This document shows positions 1 through 7,807 of a stretch of 60,442 nucleotides of DNA, piece after piece. The position numbers and the translations under genes were made by a program. The stretch is taken from positions 1-60,442 of the forward strand of contig CAZJZJ010000003.1 of NCBI GenBank assembly GCA_964550525.1, in the 5' to 3' direction. How positions within the stretch are numbered: the stretch's first letter is position 1; each line of letters opens with the position of its first letter. A model generated the notes under the pieces. That model saw nothing but the letters and a program-made list of their open reading frames with translations, was not told where the DNA came from and searched no databases. The DNA is from an uncultured Methanosarcinales archaeon. Lineage in GTDB: Archaea > Nanobdellota > Nanobdellia > Woesearchaeales > JANQNQ01.

Positions 1-118
1 AAATCCATTATTCTAAAAAGAAGGCTGTATACTCACAGACATAAAAACATTTGTAGCTGTTGCAGAGGCTTTAGGTGTAGATATTATTGGTACTAATTGC
101 AGTGCAGGGCCTAAAGGT

Positions 119-1810
119 ATGTACAAGAATGTAAAGGTAATGGCTAAGTTGACAAAAAAACCTTTATCAATATGGCCTAACGCAGGATTACCTCAGATGA
201 TAGATGGTAAAACAGTTTTCCCTGCTACTCCCAAAGAAATGGCAAAGTATGCAAAGAAGTTCTGGAAACTAGGTGTAAATATAATTGGCGGTTGCTGCGG
301 TAGTAATAAGGAACATATCAAAGCAATAGCTGATAAGGTTAAAGGCAAAAAAACAAAGAAACGCAAAGTAAAAGAAACATCCTACTTATGCAGCAGGACT
401 AAAACCCTTGAGATTGACAAAGAAACACTTATTGTAGGAGAAAGAATCAATCCTACAGGTAGAAAAGAGTTCAGGGAAGAGATTAAGCAAGGCAAAACTG
501 CTTTAATAAGAACAGAAGCATTACAGCAAGTAAAAGAAGGTGCTGAATTATTAGACATAAATGTAGGTGTAGCTGGCATTAATGAAACTGAGATGTTAAA
601 AAAAGCTGTTTCTTTAGTGCAAAGCACTGTTAATGTACCTATTGTTATAGACACATCAGATGTTAAAGCTTTAGAAGAATCATTAAAATTATCTGATGGT
701 AAGGCATTGATTAATTCTGTCAATGGTAAAGAAGATAGCCTAAACACAGTCCTTGCTTTAGCAAAGAAATATGGTGCAGCCATTATAGGGTTAACCTTAG
801 ATAAAGAAGGCATACCTAAGACAAAAGAAAAAAGGCTTAAGATTGCTAAGAAGATAATTAAAAGAGCACTTGAGATAGGGATTGATAAGAATGATATTTA
901 CATAGATTGTCTTACTATGACTATTGCAACTAATCCTGAGAATGAAAAGATCCTACTGGATTGTGTAAAAGAAATAAAAGCAATGGGGTATAAAACAATA
1001 CTAGGTGTAAGTAATATTTCCCATGGTCTGCCTAACAGAAGCTTGATCAACTCAAAATTCTATACAAAAGCTTCTAAAGCTGGGCTTAACCTAGCTATAC
1101 TTAACCCTTTGGATAAGACTAAACAAAAGAAGACAGATATTCAGGATTTTGCTAAGGTCAAGATTGAAAAAAAAGATTATTCAAAATTACCTCTTGAGAA
1201 ACAGTTGTATAATGCAATTCTTTATGGAGATGAAGATGGGATTGCTGCAATAGTTGACAAAGCACTTGCAAGCATGAAGGCTTTACAGATCAATGAGATC
1301 TTGGTTTCTGCTTTAAGTGAAGTAGGTGATAAGTTTAAATGTAAAGAGTATTTCTTACCCAACGTTTTACTTTCTGCTTCCACTATGAAAAAAGCTTTCT
1401 CTAGATTAAAAGAGGAATTCAAGAAAACAGGGCAAAAGCATAAAGCAAAAGTGCTGTTTGCAACTGTAAAGGATGATGTACATGATATTGGTAAGAACAT
1501 TGTGATTGCTTTGATTGAAAGCAATAACTATCAGGTTGTAGACCTAGGCAAGGATGTTTCCACTGAAGCAATAATTGAAGCTGTGAAAAAACACAAGATT
1601 GATATAGTTTGTTTAAGTGCTTTAATGACAACCACTGCACCATACATGAAAGAGGTTATAAAAAAGCTTGATATTGAAAAGATTAAAATACCTGTTTTGA
1701 TTGGTGGTGCTGTAATCACAGAGGATTATGCTAAGGGTATTGGTGCTTTTTATGCAAAGGATGCAATAAGCGCTGTTAAGAAGTTAGGTGAGATAATTGA
1801 TCATAACTGA
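119..1810 (+). CDS. metH: Cobalamin-dependent methionine synthase-like protein (end of Hcy-binding domain, pterin-binding, B12-cap and B12-binding domains; no AdoMet reactivation domain)
   Basis: GGCCGSNKEHI (Zn-site CC), GERINPTGRKEF and ELLDINVG (pterin-binding), DVHDIGKN = DxHxxG cobalamin motif. The homologous frame is open back to nt 17 and closed by TAA at 14-16, so the 5' end is uncertain. Confidence 0.8.
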   Translation: MYKNVKVMAKLTKKPLSIWPNAGLPQMIDGKTVFPATPKEMAKYAKKFWKLGVNIIGGCCGSNKEHIKAIADKVKGKKTKKRKVKETSYLCSRTKTLEIDKETLIVGERINPTGRKEFREEIKQGKTALIRTEALQQVKEGAELLDINVGVAGINETEMLKKAVSLVQSTVNVPIVIDTSDVKALEESLKLSDGKALINSVNGKEDSLNTVLALAKKYGAAIIGLTLDKEGIPKTKEKRLKIAKKIIKRALEIGIDKNDIYIDCLTMTIATNPENEKILLDCVKEIKAMGYKTILGVSNISHGLPNRSLINSKFYTKASKAGLNLAILNPLDKTKQKKTDIQDFAKVKIEKKDYSKLPLEKQLYNAILYGDEDGIAAIVDKALASMKALQINEILVSALSEVGDKFKCKEYFLPNVLLSASTMKKAFSRLKEEFKKTGQKHKAKVLFATVKDDVHDIGKNIVIALIESNNYQVVDLGKDVSTEAIIEAVKKHKIDIVCLSALMTTTAPYMKEVIKKLDIEKIKIPVLIGGAVITEDYAKGIGAFYAKDAISAVKKLGEIIDHN

Positions 1811-2447
1811 ACAAAAGCCTTTTGATGAAATCAAAAACGAGCTTAAGGATTATAAGAATATAGTTATCTTTGGTTGCGGTAGGTGCTGTACAAGTTGTGC
1901 AACAGGTGGTGATGACCAGGTTGCAGATATGAAAAAAAAGTTAGAGAAAATAGGTAAAAAGGTTCTTTATACAAGTGTTATTGAAGCTCCTTGCGATGAA
2001 AGGCTTGTCAGGCTTGAATTAAACAAGATAAAAGATATTATTGATAATATAAGCGCTATATTAGTAATGTCTTGTGGCGGCGGAGTATCTGCAATAAATG
2101 AACTGATTTCTATTCCTACAATACCTGCACTTAATGCTTTGTTCTTAGGTGTAGCTAAAAGGCTAGGTGTATTTGAAGAAAGATGTTCAATGTGCGGTGA
2201 TTGTGTTTTAGAGAAGACTATGGGAATCTGCCCTGTAACAAGATGTTCTAAAGGACTGCTTAACGGTCCTTGCGGTGGTTCTAGTGAAGGTAAATGCGAA
2301 GTTGACCCTGAAAAGGATTGTGCTTGGGCTTTGATCTTTGATAGGTTAAAAAAAGCAGGTAAGTTGGACAATATTAAGGTAATCTGGGATATGAAGGATT
2401 ATAAACTTAGTTTAAAACCGCGTAAGGTAGACAGAAGACAAAAATGA
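1797..2447 (+). CDS. MetV-like Cys-rich protein (methylenetetrahydrofolate reductase C-terminal-domain family)
   Basis: CGRCCTSCATGG and CSMCGDCVLEKTMGICPVTRCSKGLLNGPCGG cysteine clusters. Overlaps metH by 14 nt and metF by ATGA. Confidence 0.75.
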   Translation: MIITEQKPFDEIKNELKDYKNIVIFGCGRCCTSCATGGDDQVADMKKKLEKIGKKVLYTSVIEAPCDERLVRLELNKIKDIIDNISAILVMSCGGGVSAINELISIPTIPALNALFLGVAKRLGVFEERCSMCGDCVLEKTMGICPVTRCSKGLLNGPCGGSSEGKCEVDPEKDCAWALIFDRLKKAGKLDNIKVIWDMKDYKLSLKPRKVDRRQK

Positions 2448-3292
2448 ACTTTAAAGAAAAATTAGAAAAAGGTAAATTTGTAATCACAGCTGAACTAGGC
2501 CCGCCTAAAGGCACAGATGTTAGTAAAGCTTTAGATAGTTTAAAGTATTTTTCTGGAGTAGATGCAATAAATGTAACTGATAACCAGACATCTATAATGA
2601 GGTTAAGTTCTTGGGGTTTATGTAAACTGATTTTGGATAAAGGTTTTGAGCCTGTGCTGCAGGTTACTTGCAGAGATAGAAATAGGCTAGCTTTACAATC
2701 TGACCTACTAGGAGCATATGCTTTAGGTATGAAGAATGTACTTGCCCTAACTGGTGACCACCCTAGTTTTGGTGATCATCCTGAAGCTAAGCCTGTTTTT
2801 GATATTGATTCTGTACAATTGTTGAAGATAATCTCTGGATTGAATAAAGGGGTAGATTCTGTTGGTAATAAGCTTGAAGGTAAAACTGATTTTTTTATGG
2901 GTGCAGCTGTTAACCCAAGCACAGATGCTAAAGAAGAACAACACAATAAGTTCTTAAAGAAGATTGAAGCAGGTGCTCAATTCTTCCAAACCCAGATTGT
3001 CTATGATGTAGATGTTTTCAAGGATTTCTTTAAAGGAACAAAAGCAAAGATACTTGCAGGCATTTTGCCATTGAAATCAGCTAAGATGGCACGTTACATG
3101 AACAAGAACGTGCCTGGTGTTAATGTACCTGAATCATTGATTAAAGAGCTTGAGGAAAGCAAAAATCAAAAAGAAACAGGTATTGAGCAAGTTGCTAAGA
3201 TTATTTCTGAATTAAAAAAACTCTGTGCTGGTGTGCATATAATGACAATAGGCAATGAAGAAGTTGTTGCTAAGATTGTTGAAACTATTTAA
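2444..3292 (+). CDS. metF: 5,10-methylenetetrahydrofolate reductase
   Basis: 282 aa with MTHFR motifs (INVTDNQ, CRDRN, LTGDHP, NPS...FFQTQ). Translationally coupled to the metV-like gene. Confidence 0.85.
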   Translation: MNFKEKLEKGKFVITAELGPPKGTDVSKALDSLKYFSGVDAINVTDNQTSIMRLSSWGLCKLILDKGFEPVLQVTCRDRNRLALQSDLLGAYALGMKNVLALTGDHPSFGDHPEAKPVFDIDSVQLLKIISGLNKGVDSVGNKLEGKTDFFMGAAVNPSTDAKEEQHNKFLKKIEAGAQFFQTQIVYDVDVFKDFFKGTKAKILAGILPLKSAKMARYMNKNVPGVNVPESLIKELEESKNQKETGIEQVAKIISELKKLCAGVHIMTIGNEEVVAKIVETI

Positions 3293-3539
3293 CAAACCTC
3301 AACCAGAACTTCTTAAACAATGGCAATGTCAAAGTAGAAAGTACAAACGCCAATGCCGGCACTAAGGAATTGATAAAAGGTTTAGGTAATTCTGCAAAGA
3401 TAAAGAAGATCACAATCACAATATAGGTTAGAGCAAACACAATGATTCTTCTTGTCCAGGAAGTTTCCCATGCTTTGTCTGCTTCTACTTTTTTGTTTCT
3501 CTGTTTTATGAGCTCGATTTCTTGTTCTAAATTATTCAT
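3285..3539 (-). CDS. Small membrane protein (coiled N-terminus, two TM helices), function unknown
   Basis: Start re-called to MNNLEQEIE (ATG 3539), which overlaps the thyX stop in ATGAATAA. Two hydrophobic helices follow. Confidence 0.5.
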   Translation of the reverse strand: MNNLEQEIELIKQRNKKVEADKAWETSWTRRIIVFALTYIVIVIFFIFAELPKPFINSLVPALAFVLSTLTLPLFKKFWLRFVK

Positions 3540-4899
3540 CTTTGCACACCTCAATATATTTTGCAAGCAAAGGATGTACTTTCTTGATTTCATCGTAGCA
3601 CTGCCATGCTATCTTTCTGTATGATTCATGGCCTGTTATACCACTTCTTAGTTTGATGAAATGGAATAGTTCTCTTAAGTTCCATGTGAACAAGGTTCGT
3701 TTCCTGTACGCCATTGGGATTATATAGGCTGCTTCTTTAGGTAAGTCTTTTTTCATCTCATTGTAAGCAGCTTCAGCTTTTTGCATGCATTCTTCGTAAT
3801 CTTGTTTAAGCCCTGCTTCTTCTATCTCTACAGGAATATCATAACTATTTATGGTAGTAAACTCTTGATTAGTCTGTGTGCACATTCTGTGCCTTTGTAC
3901 GTCTCTGAATGCACCATAATCCATAAGAATATCAAATGTATAGTAGACATGCTCTAACTCTCTTAATGGCCTGTCGAATTTGCCTAAGCGCTGTAATGCT
4001 TCATCTACTATTTTTTCTTTTTCTTCTTTGTTCATTGATTTTACTTTTTCTTTTATTTGTTTGTAAGACAATTGAGAAAATCTGTAAAGTAAAGCAGTAA
4101 CTAGTTTATTATCTGCATCCTGGTCAAATTCTACTAGAATTGCTCCTTGTTCATTGTTTGGAGTATCTTTGATAGCTTCCTCTTCCATTGCTTTCTCAGT
4201 TTCGCCTAAATATTCATTGTACTTAGTATACTTGATTAGGGTTGGAGTAACATTCAAAGCAGCTGTCTTGATATCTTCACCTATCTCATGCATCTCTTCT
4301 AAAGGGTGGGTTAGAAGCTTGATTATTCCGTGTTCCAGGTTACGTGCATTGATTGTCATACCAAGGTTTGTAAGCACAGAGACAGGCAGTAAGTAACGGA
4401 TATTATCCAAAGCCTTATTCTTCATCTTGATTTCATATAGTTTCTCAGGCTCTTCTTTCCTTGGATATTTCTTTTTAACAAAAGCAAGCATTATAGGGAA
4501 TATCCTTTGGTATGTATCCAAGATAAAGTTGGATGTTTCTTCATATAATTTAGCATGTTTGGAATTCATGATTTTTTTTGGCTTGAAATAATGGTCCCTA
4601 TCAAAGACTTGATACCTAGTTGATTTCTCTGTATAAGAAGCTAGTCTATTATCTTCAATAACTTTAGTTGCAAGCATAGAAACATTTTCTATAGCTATAG
4701 AAAGTACAGCGTGTTCAGCCACACTGGAATGCCCATAACCAACAATCCATTTCTCATGGAATTTACGGCTCTTGTCTTCATTCAGCTCATTAGCAATCTT
4801 ATCAAACGGCTCAGGACTTCTGCTACATTTAGCAAAAGCTACAGCCTTGACTTCAGGCGGAATATTATCTAAAGTGTAGATACGTCGTTTTGGTGTCAT
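3532..4899 (-). CDS. thyX: FAD-dependent thymidylate synthase, tandem-duplicated ThyX fold
   Basis: Two ThyX-like halves: half 1 HSSVAEH...DNRLASYTEKSTRY...RYLLP; half 2 LEHVYY...RHRMCTQTNQ...AAYIIPMAY...NLRELFHFIKLR. The ORF track starts at TTG 4911; ATG 4899 (MTPKRR) is preferred. Confidence 0.8.
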   Translation of the reverse strand: MTPKRRIYTLDNIPPEVKAVAFAKCSRSPEPFDKIANELNEDKSRKFHEKWIVGYGHSSVAEHAVLSIAIENVSMLATKVIEDNRLASYTEKSTRYQVFDRDHYFKPKKIMNSKHAKLYEETSNFILDTYQRIFPIMLAFVKKKYPRKEEPEKLYEIKMKNKALDNIRYLLPVSVLTNLGMTINARNLEHGIIKLLTHPLEEMHEIGEDIKTAALNVTPTLIKYTKYNEYLGETEKAMEEEAIKDTPNNEQGAILVEFDQDADNKLVTALLYRFSQLSYKQIKEKVKSMNKEEKEKIVDEALQRLGKFDRPLRELEHVYYTFDILMDYGAFRDVQRHRMCTQTNQEFTTINSYDIPVEIEEAGLKQDYEECMQKAEAAYNEMKKDLPKEAAYIIPMAYRKRTLFTWNLRELFHFIKLRSGITGHESYRKIAWQCYDEIKKVHPLLAKYIEVCKDE

Positions 4900-4983
4900 A
4901 ATTGCCCCCAATGATGGTTTAGCGGGTTTGTTTATATATTTTACTATAGTATATTCCTATCCGAATATTTCTTTCAAGAAATT

Positions 4984-4991
4984 ATTTATAT
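4984..4991 (+). promoter_or_regulatory. Candidate TATA box for a leaderless mini-ORF
   Basis: TATTTATA lies 22 nt before ATG 5014, the same spacing as other promoters in this window. Confidence 0.4.
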
Positions 4992-5013
4992 GTAGCTAAA
5001 TCACCATTCATTA

Positions 5014-5088
5014 TGGTATCACTAAATAAAACAAAAAATGCGTATTTGTTTTCTTTTTCTATAGTTATGCCTATGATGATGCGGTAAG
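5014..5088 (+). CDS. Candidate leaderless mini-ORF / leader peptide MVSLNKTKNAYLFSFSIVMPMMMR
   Basis: 24 codons; four of the last six sense codons are ATG. Positioned 22 nt after a TATA-like box. Confidence 0.35.
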
Positions 5089-5106
5089 CGCATCTCATTG
5101 TTTTTC
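5079..5106 (+). terminator. Hairpin plus T5 tract after the mini-ORF (candidate attenuator/terminator)
   Basis: GATGCG-GTAAG-CGCATC (5079-5095) holds the TAA stop in its loop. T5 at 5102-5106. Confidence 0.3.
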
Positions 5107-5167
5107 TGTTTAAGTAAATAAAAATATTCTATAAGCCGTCTGGGCAATAAGCAGGGAGGAATATAAA

Positions 5168-5971
5168 ATGAAAACCATAACATTTTGGACATACAACGGA
5201 ACAGTTGAGCCTTTCACAGCTGCAGCTGCTAGAGCAATAGCAAAAACAGGTAAAAGGTTGGCAGTATTGGATTTAAACTTTGAATCGCCAGTACTGACAC
5301 AGGAACTTGAAGAAGCCTTAAAAGTAGATAGGATTAAAGTAAGAGATGGATTAATTCATGTTATTTCAGAGTTTGAAGGTGTTCAAGGCTTTGGTACACA
5401 CTTTAACCCTATTTTATCTCTGGAAGATGGATTATTTTTTTCAATAGACACCCCTGTTCCCCAAGTAAATAATCTACGGTATTTTGCTGCTGGCAATGTT
5501 GGTCATTTTGGAAAAACAGATTCTGATTATTGGGAAAAAACAGGTGATCCATATGTGAAAAAGGTATTAAACTATAATCCCGCACATAATGTCTTAACCG
5601 GTATTGTTAAAGCTTTAGAAAAAGCTGGTTTAGAGTATACGCTTCTCAATGCACCAGCAGGTGCAGGTGTTGGGTCAGGTATTCCAGTTAGATATTTAGC
5701 AGATCTTGTTGTATTTTATGTTACACCAAAAAAAGGCAACCTTCTTGGGACGAATCAGATATTGTTAAATTGGGAACATAAGGGAGTCAATCTTTCTAAA
5801 GACGTAACCCTTGTCTCCTACCAAAAACTCCCTGAAAAAGCAGTTGAGCTAGTAAACACTGGACTTAAGAAACCTTATGAAGTGCATCCATATGACTTGC
5901 ATACAGATAGCAGTATTATAAAACTTATAGCACCAGAACTAGTAAAGAATAGCAAACCCAGGGGTGATTAA
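5168..5971 (+). CDS. ParA/MinD-like SIMIBI-fold protein with degenerate Walker A and B (probable pseudo-ATPase)
   Basis: FWTYNGTVEPFTAAAARAIAKTGKRLAVLDLNFESP aligns to the KGGVGKTT...VLLIDLD layout but lacks both P-loop lysines. YTLLNAPAG stands in place of the Walker B Asp. SD AGGGAGG lies upstream. Confidence 0.5.
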   Translation: MKTITFWTYNGTVEPFTAAAARAIAKTGKRLAVLDLNFESPVLTQELEEALKVDRIKVRDGLIHVISEFEGVQGFGTHFNPILSLEDGLFFSIDTPVPQVNNLRYFAAGNVGHFGKTDSDYWEKTGDPYVKKVLNYNPAHNVLTGIVKALEKAGLEYTLLNAPAGAGVGSGIPVRYLADLVVFYVTPKKGNLLGTNQILLNWEHKGVNLSKDVTLVSYQKLPEKAVELVNTGLKKPYEVHPYDLHTDSSIIKLIAPELVKNSKPRGD

Positions 5972-5985
5972 TATGCATATACCAT

Positions 5986-5997
5986 AAACTATAAATA
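5986..5997 (+). promoter_or_regulatory. BRE/TATA promoter of the kinase-tmk gene
   Basis: AAACTATAAATA, 22 nt to ATG 6020. Confidence 0.6.
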
Positions 5998-6019
5998 AGC
6001 ACACAATATCCCTTTCTAA

Positions 6020-7126
6020 ATGATAATTGGGCTTACAGGCACAAACGCCTCTGGCAAAGGCGAGGTTGCTGAATACTTGAAGAAGAAGGGTTTTAGTTAC
6101 TTCTCGCTATCAGATGAGATTAGGTTGTTAGCTAAAGAAAAAGGCTTGGAATTAACTAGAGAAAACCTACGTAATCTTGGTAATGAGATGCGCCAAAAAC
6201 ACAGCGCAGGTTATTGGGCAGGATTGGTTAATAAGAAACTTGAAGGCAATTGCATTGTAGATAGTATTAGGAATCCTGCTGAAGTTGAGGAGTTAAGAAA
6301 GAATAAGGGCTTTGTTTTTATTGCAGTTGATGCGCCACAGAAAACACGGTACGAACGTATGAAGAAACGTGGCAGGATTGGTGAAGATCAATCCTTTGAA
6401 GATTTCTTAAAACAAGAAAATGAAGAGAATTCAAATAACCCTTCTAATCTGCAATTAAACAAAACAATGGAGATGGCTGATAAGAAGATCATGAATAAAG
6501 GTAATTTGGAAGAACTGCATGAAAAAGTAGAAAGTATCCTAAAAAGTCCATTATTCATTGTACTCGAAGGTATAGATGGCTCTGGTAAAGGTGAGATGAT
6601 CAAGAGGTTAGAGGTTTTCTTAAAAGAAAAAGGGCATGATGTTATAGTCACGAGGGAGCCTACTGATAGTCAATACGGAAAACAAATTAGGAAGATTCTA
6701 GCAGAGGAAAAGGATCCTAAAGCTAATGCGCAGAAATGTTTTGAGCTTTATGTTAAGGACCGGGAAGAACATGTTAAAGAGATTGAGAAGTGGTTAGAGC
6801 AAGGCAATATTGTAATCTGTGACAGGTATTACTATTCAACTATTGCTTACCAGAATGCACAAGGGATTGATGTAGAAGAATTGATTGCAGCTAATATAGA
6901 ATTTAGGACACCTGATCTAACCTTAATCCTTGATTTACCTCCAGAGGTTTCTTTAGAAAGGATTAGCAAAGCTAGGGCTATTGAGAAGTTTGAAAAGATT
7001 GAATTCATGAAAACACTAAGGCAGAATTTCCTTGATCTAAAAAACAAACTAGATGATAATATCAAGATTATAGATGCTTCTAAAACAAAAGAAGAGGTGT
7101 TTGAACAAATAAAAAAAGAGATTTAG
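6020..7126 (+). CDS. tmk: Fusion: N-terminal P-loop nucleotide kinase (CoaE/UPF0200-like) plus C-terminal thymidylate kinase
   Basis: N-terminal domain GLTGTNASGKGEVAEYL with a second P-loop; C-terminal domain LEGIDGSGKGEMIK, REPTDS, CDRYYYSTIAYQ (Tmk motifs). Confidence 0.8.
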   Translation: MIIGLTGTNASGKGEVAEYLKKKGFSYFSLSDEIRLLAKEKGLELTRENLRNLGNEMRQKHSAGYWAGLVNKKLEGNCIVDSIRNPAEVEELRKNKGFVFIAVDAPQKTRYERMKKRGRIGEDQSFEDFLKQENEENSNNPSNLQLNKTMEMADKKIMNKGNLEELHEKVESILKSPLFIVLEGIDGSGKGEMIKRLEVFLKEKGHDVIVTREPTDSQYGKQIRKILAEEKDPKANAQKCFELYVKDREEHVKEIEKWLEQGNIVICDRYYYSTIAYQNAQGIDVEELIAANIEFRTPDLTLILDLPPEVSLERISKARAIEKFEKIEFMKTLRQNFLDLKNKLDDNIKIIDASKTKEEVFEQIKKEI

Positions 7127-7455
7127 TAGCCTTTGTAATAATCATAATACTGTTCTGGCTGCATAGTTCTTGGTTTTTGTTTAGGCCAACGCAATATAAT
7201 GGCTGCGATAACAATAGCTAAACCAATAATCAGGCCTGCGTTTGTATACTGGTGTACATGGGTATTGACTGTTTTTTCTATCACAGGCATCTGGTGGCAT
7301 TGAAAATCTGAACCGCAGTAAGAGCCTTCTCCACAACCTGCATTAGTTTTACATTCTCTGCTGCCTCTATCAACAAGCCAACCTAGAAAGATAATAATAA
7401 TTAAAACAATAATTACAGTAGCTGTTATTGCCTCTGCCTTCTTATACAACTTCAT
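7123..7455 (-). CDS. Small Cys-rich protein with two TM helices, function unknown
   Basis: N- and C-terminal TM helices flank CKTNAGCGEGSYCGSDFQC. Confidence 0.5.
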   Translation of the reverse strand: MKLYKKAEAITATVIIVLIIIIFLGWLVDRGSRECKTNAGCGEGSYCGSDFQCHQMPVIEKTVNTHVHQYTNAGLIIGLAIVIAAIILRWPKQKPRTMQPEQYYDYYKGY

Positions 7456-7488
7456 TTTACCGTCCCCTATTGGGAGGAGAATAAATAG

Positions 7489-7501
7489 GTATATAAAGTT
7501 T
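7489..7501 (-). promoter_or_regulatory. BRE/TATA promoter
   Basis: Minus strand AAACTTTATATAC, 34 nt to ATG 7455. Confidence 0.5.
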
Positions 7502-7637
7502 ATGTTTGTGGTTACTCAGAAAGAGTTAATCAGAATCAGTTGATTCATCCTCAGATTTTTTCTCTGTAACTACCTCTTCTCTTTGAAAGAATTTAGTTAA
7601 TTTGTGACAGCTTTGCTGTTCCTTATAACTAATATCC

Positions 7638-7675
7638 AGCTGGATCACCTCCTTTTTAGCTGGTACCTCCTTTTT
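7638..7675. repeat. Tandem imperfect repeat AGCTGGATCACCTCCTTTTT / AGCTGGTACCTCCTTTTT (plus strand matches the 16S rRNA 3' end; minus strand gives two extended Shine-Dalgarno sequences)
   Basis: GCTGGATCACCTCCT at 7639-7653 equals the canonical 16S 3' terminus. A second degenerate copy lies at 7658-7675. Each copy ends in T5. Confidence 0.6.
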
Positions 7676-7691
7676 GAAAGTTATCTAAACC

Positions 7692-7716
7692 CTCAATCCC
7701 CTTTAAAAAGATTGAG
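7692..7716 (-). terminator. Hairpin with T5 in the loop downstream of dut (weak terminator candidate)
   Basis: CTCAATC / GATTGAG 7-bp stem; minus-strand T5 at 7705-7709. Confidence 0.3.
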
Positions 7717-7807
7717 ATAATTATTTTTATGAATGTTTTTATTAATAAAGATTTCTTACATGAAAAATATAGTTTACAAATGGTGTAATAGAATTGTTGT
7801 AATACAA

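Noticed and set aside
382-813. 143-aa minus-strand ORF inside the metH-like gene (with similar ones at 1222-1524, 1419-1643 and 1531-1719)
   Set aside because: These are antisense shadow ORFs within a gene that has strong family motifs. They have no promoter motif or SD, and their composition is low-complexity.
7639-7653. Possible 16S rRNA gene end
   Set aside because: Only about 15 nt match the 16S 3' terminus. The upstream sequence is AT-rich and has none of the conserved helix-45 sequence, so this is not an rRNA gene. I kept it as a motif-level finding instead.
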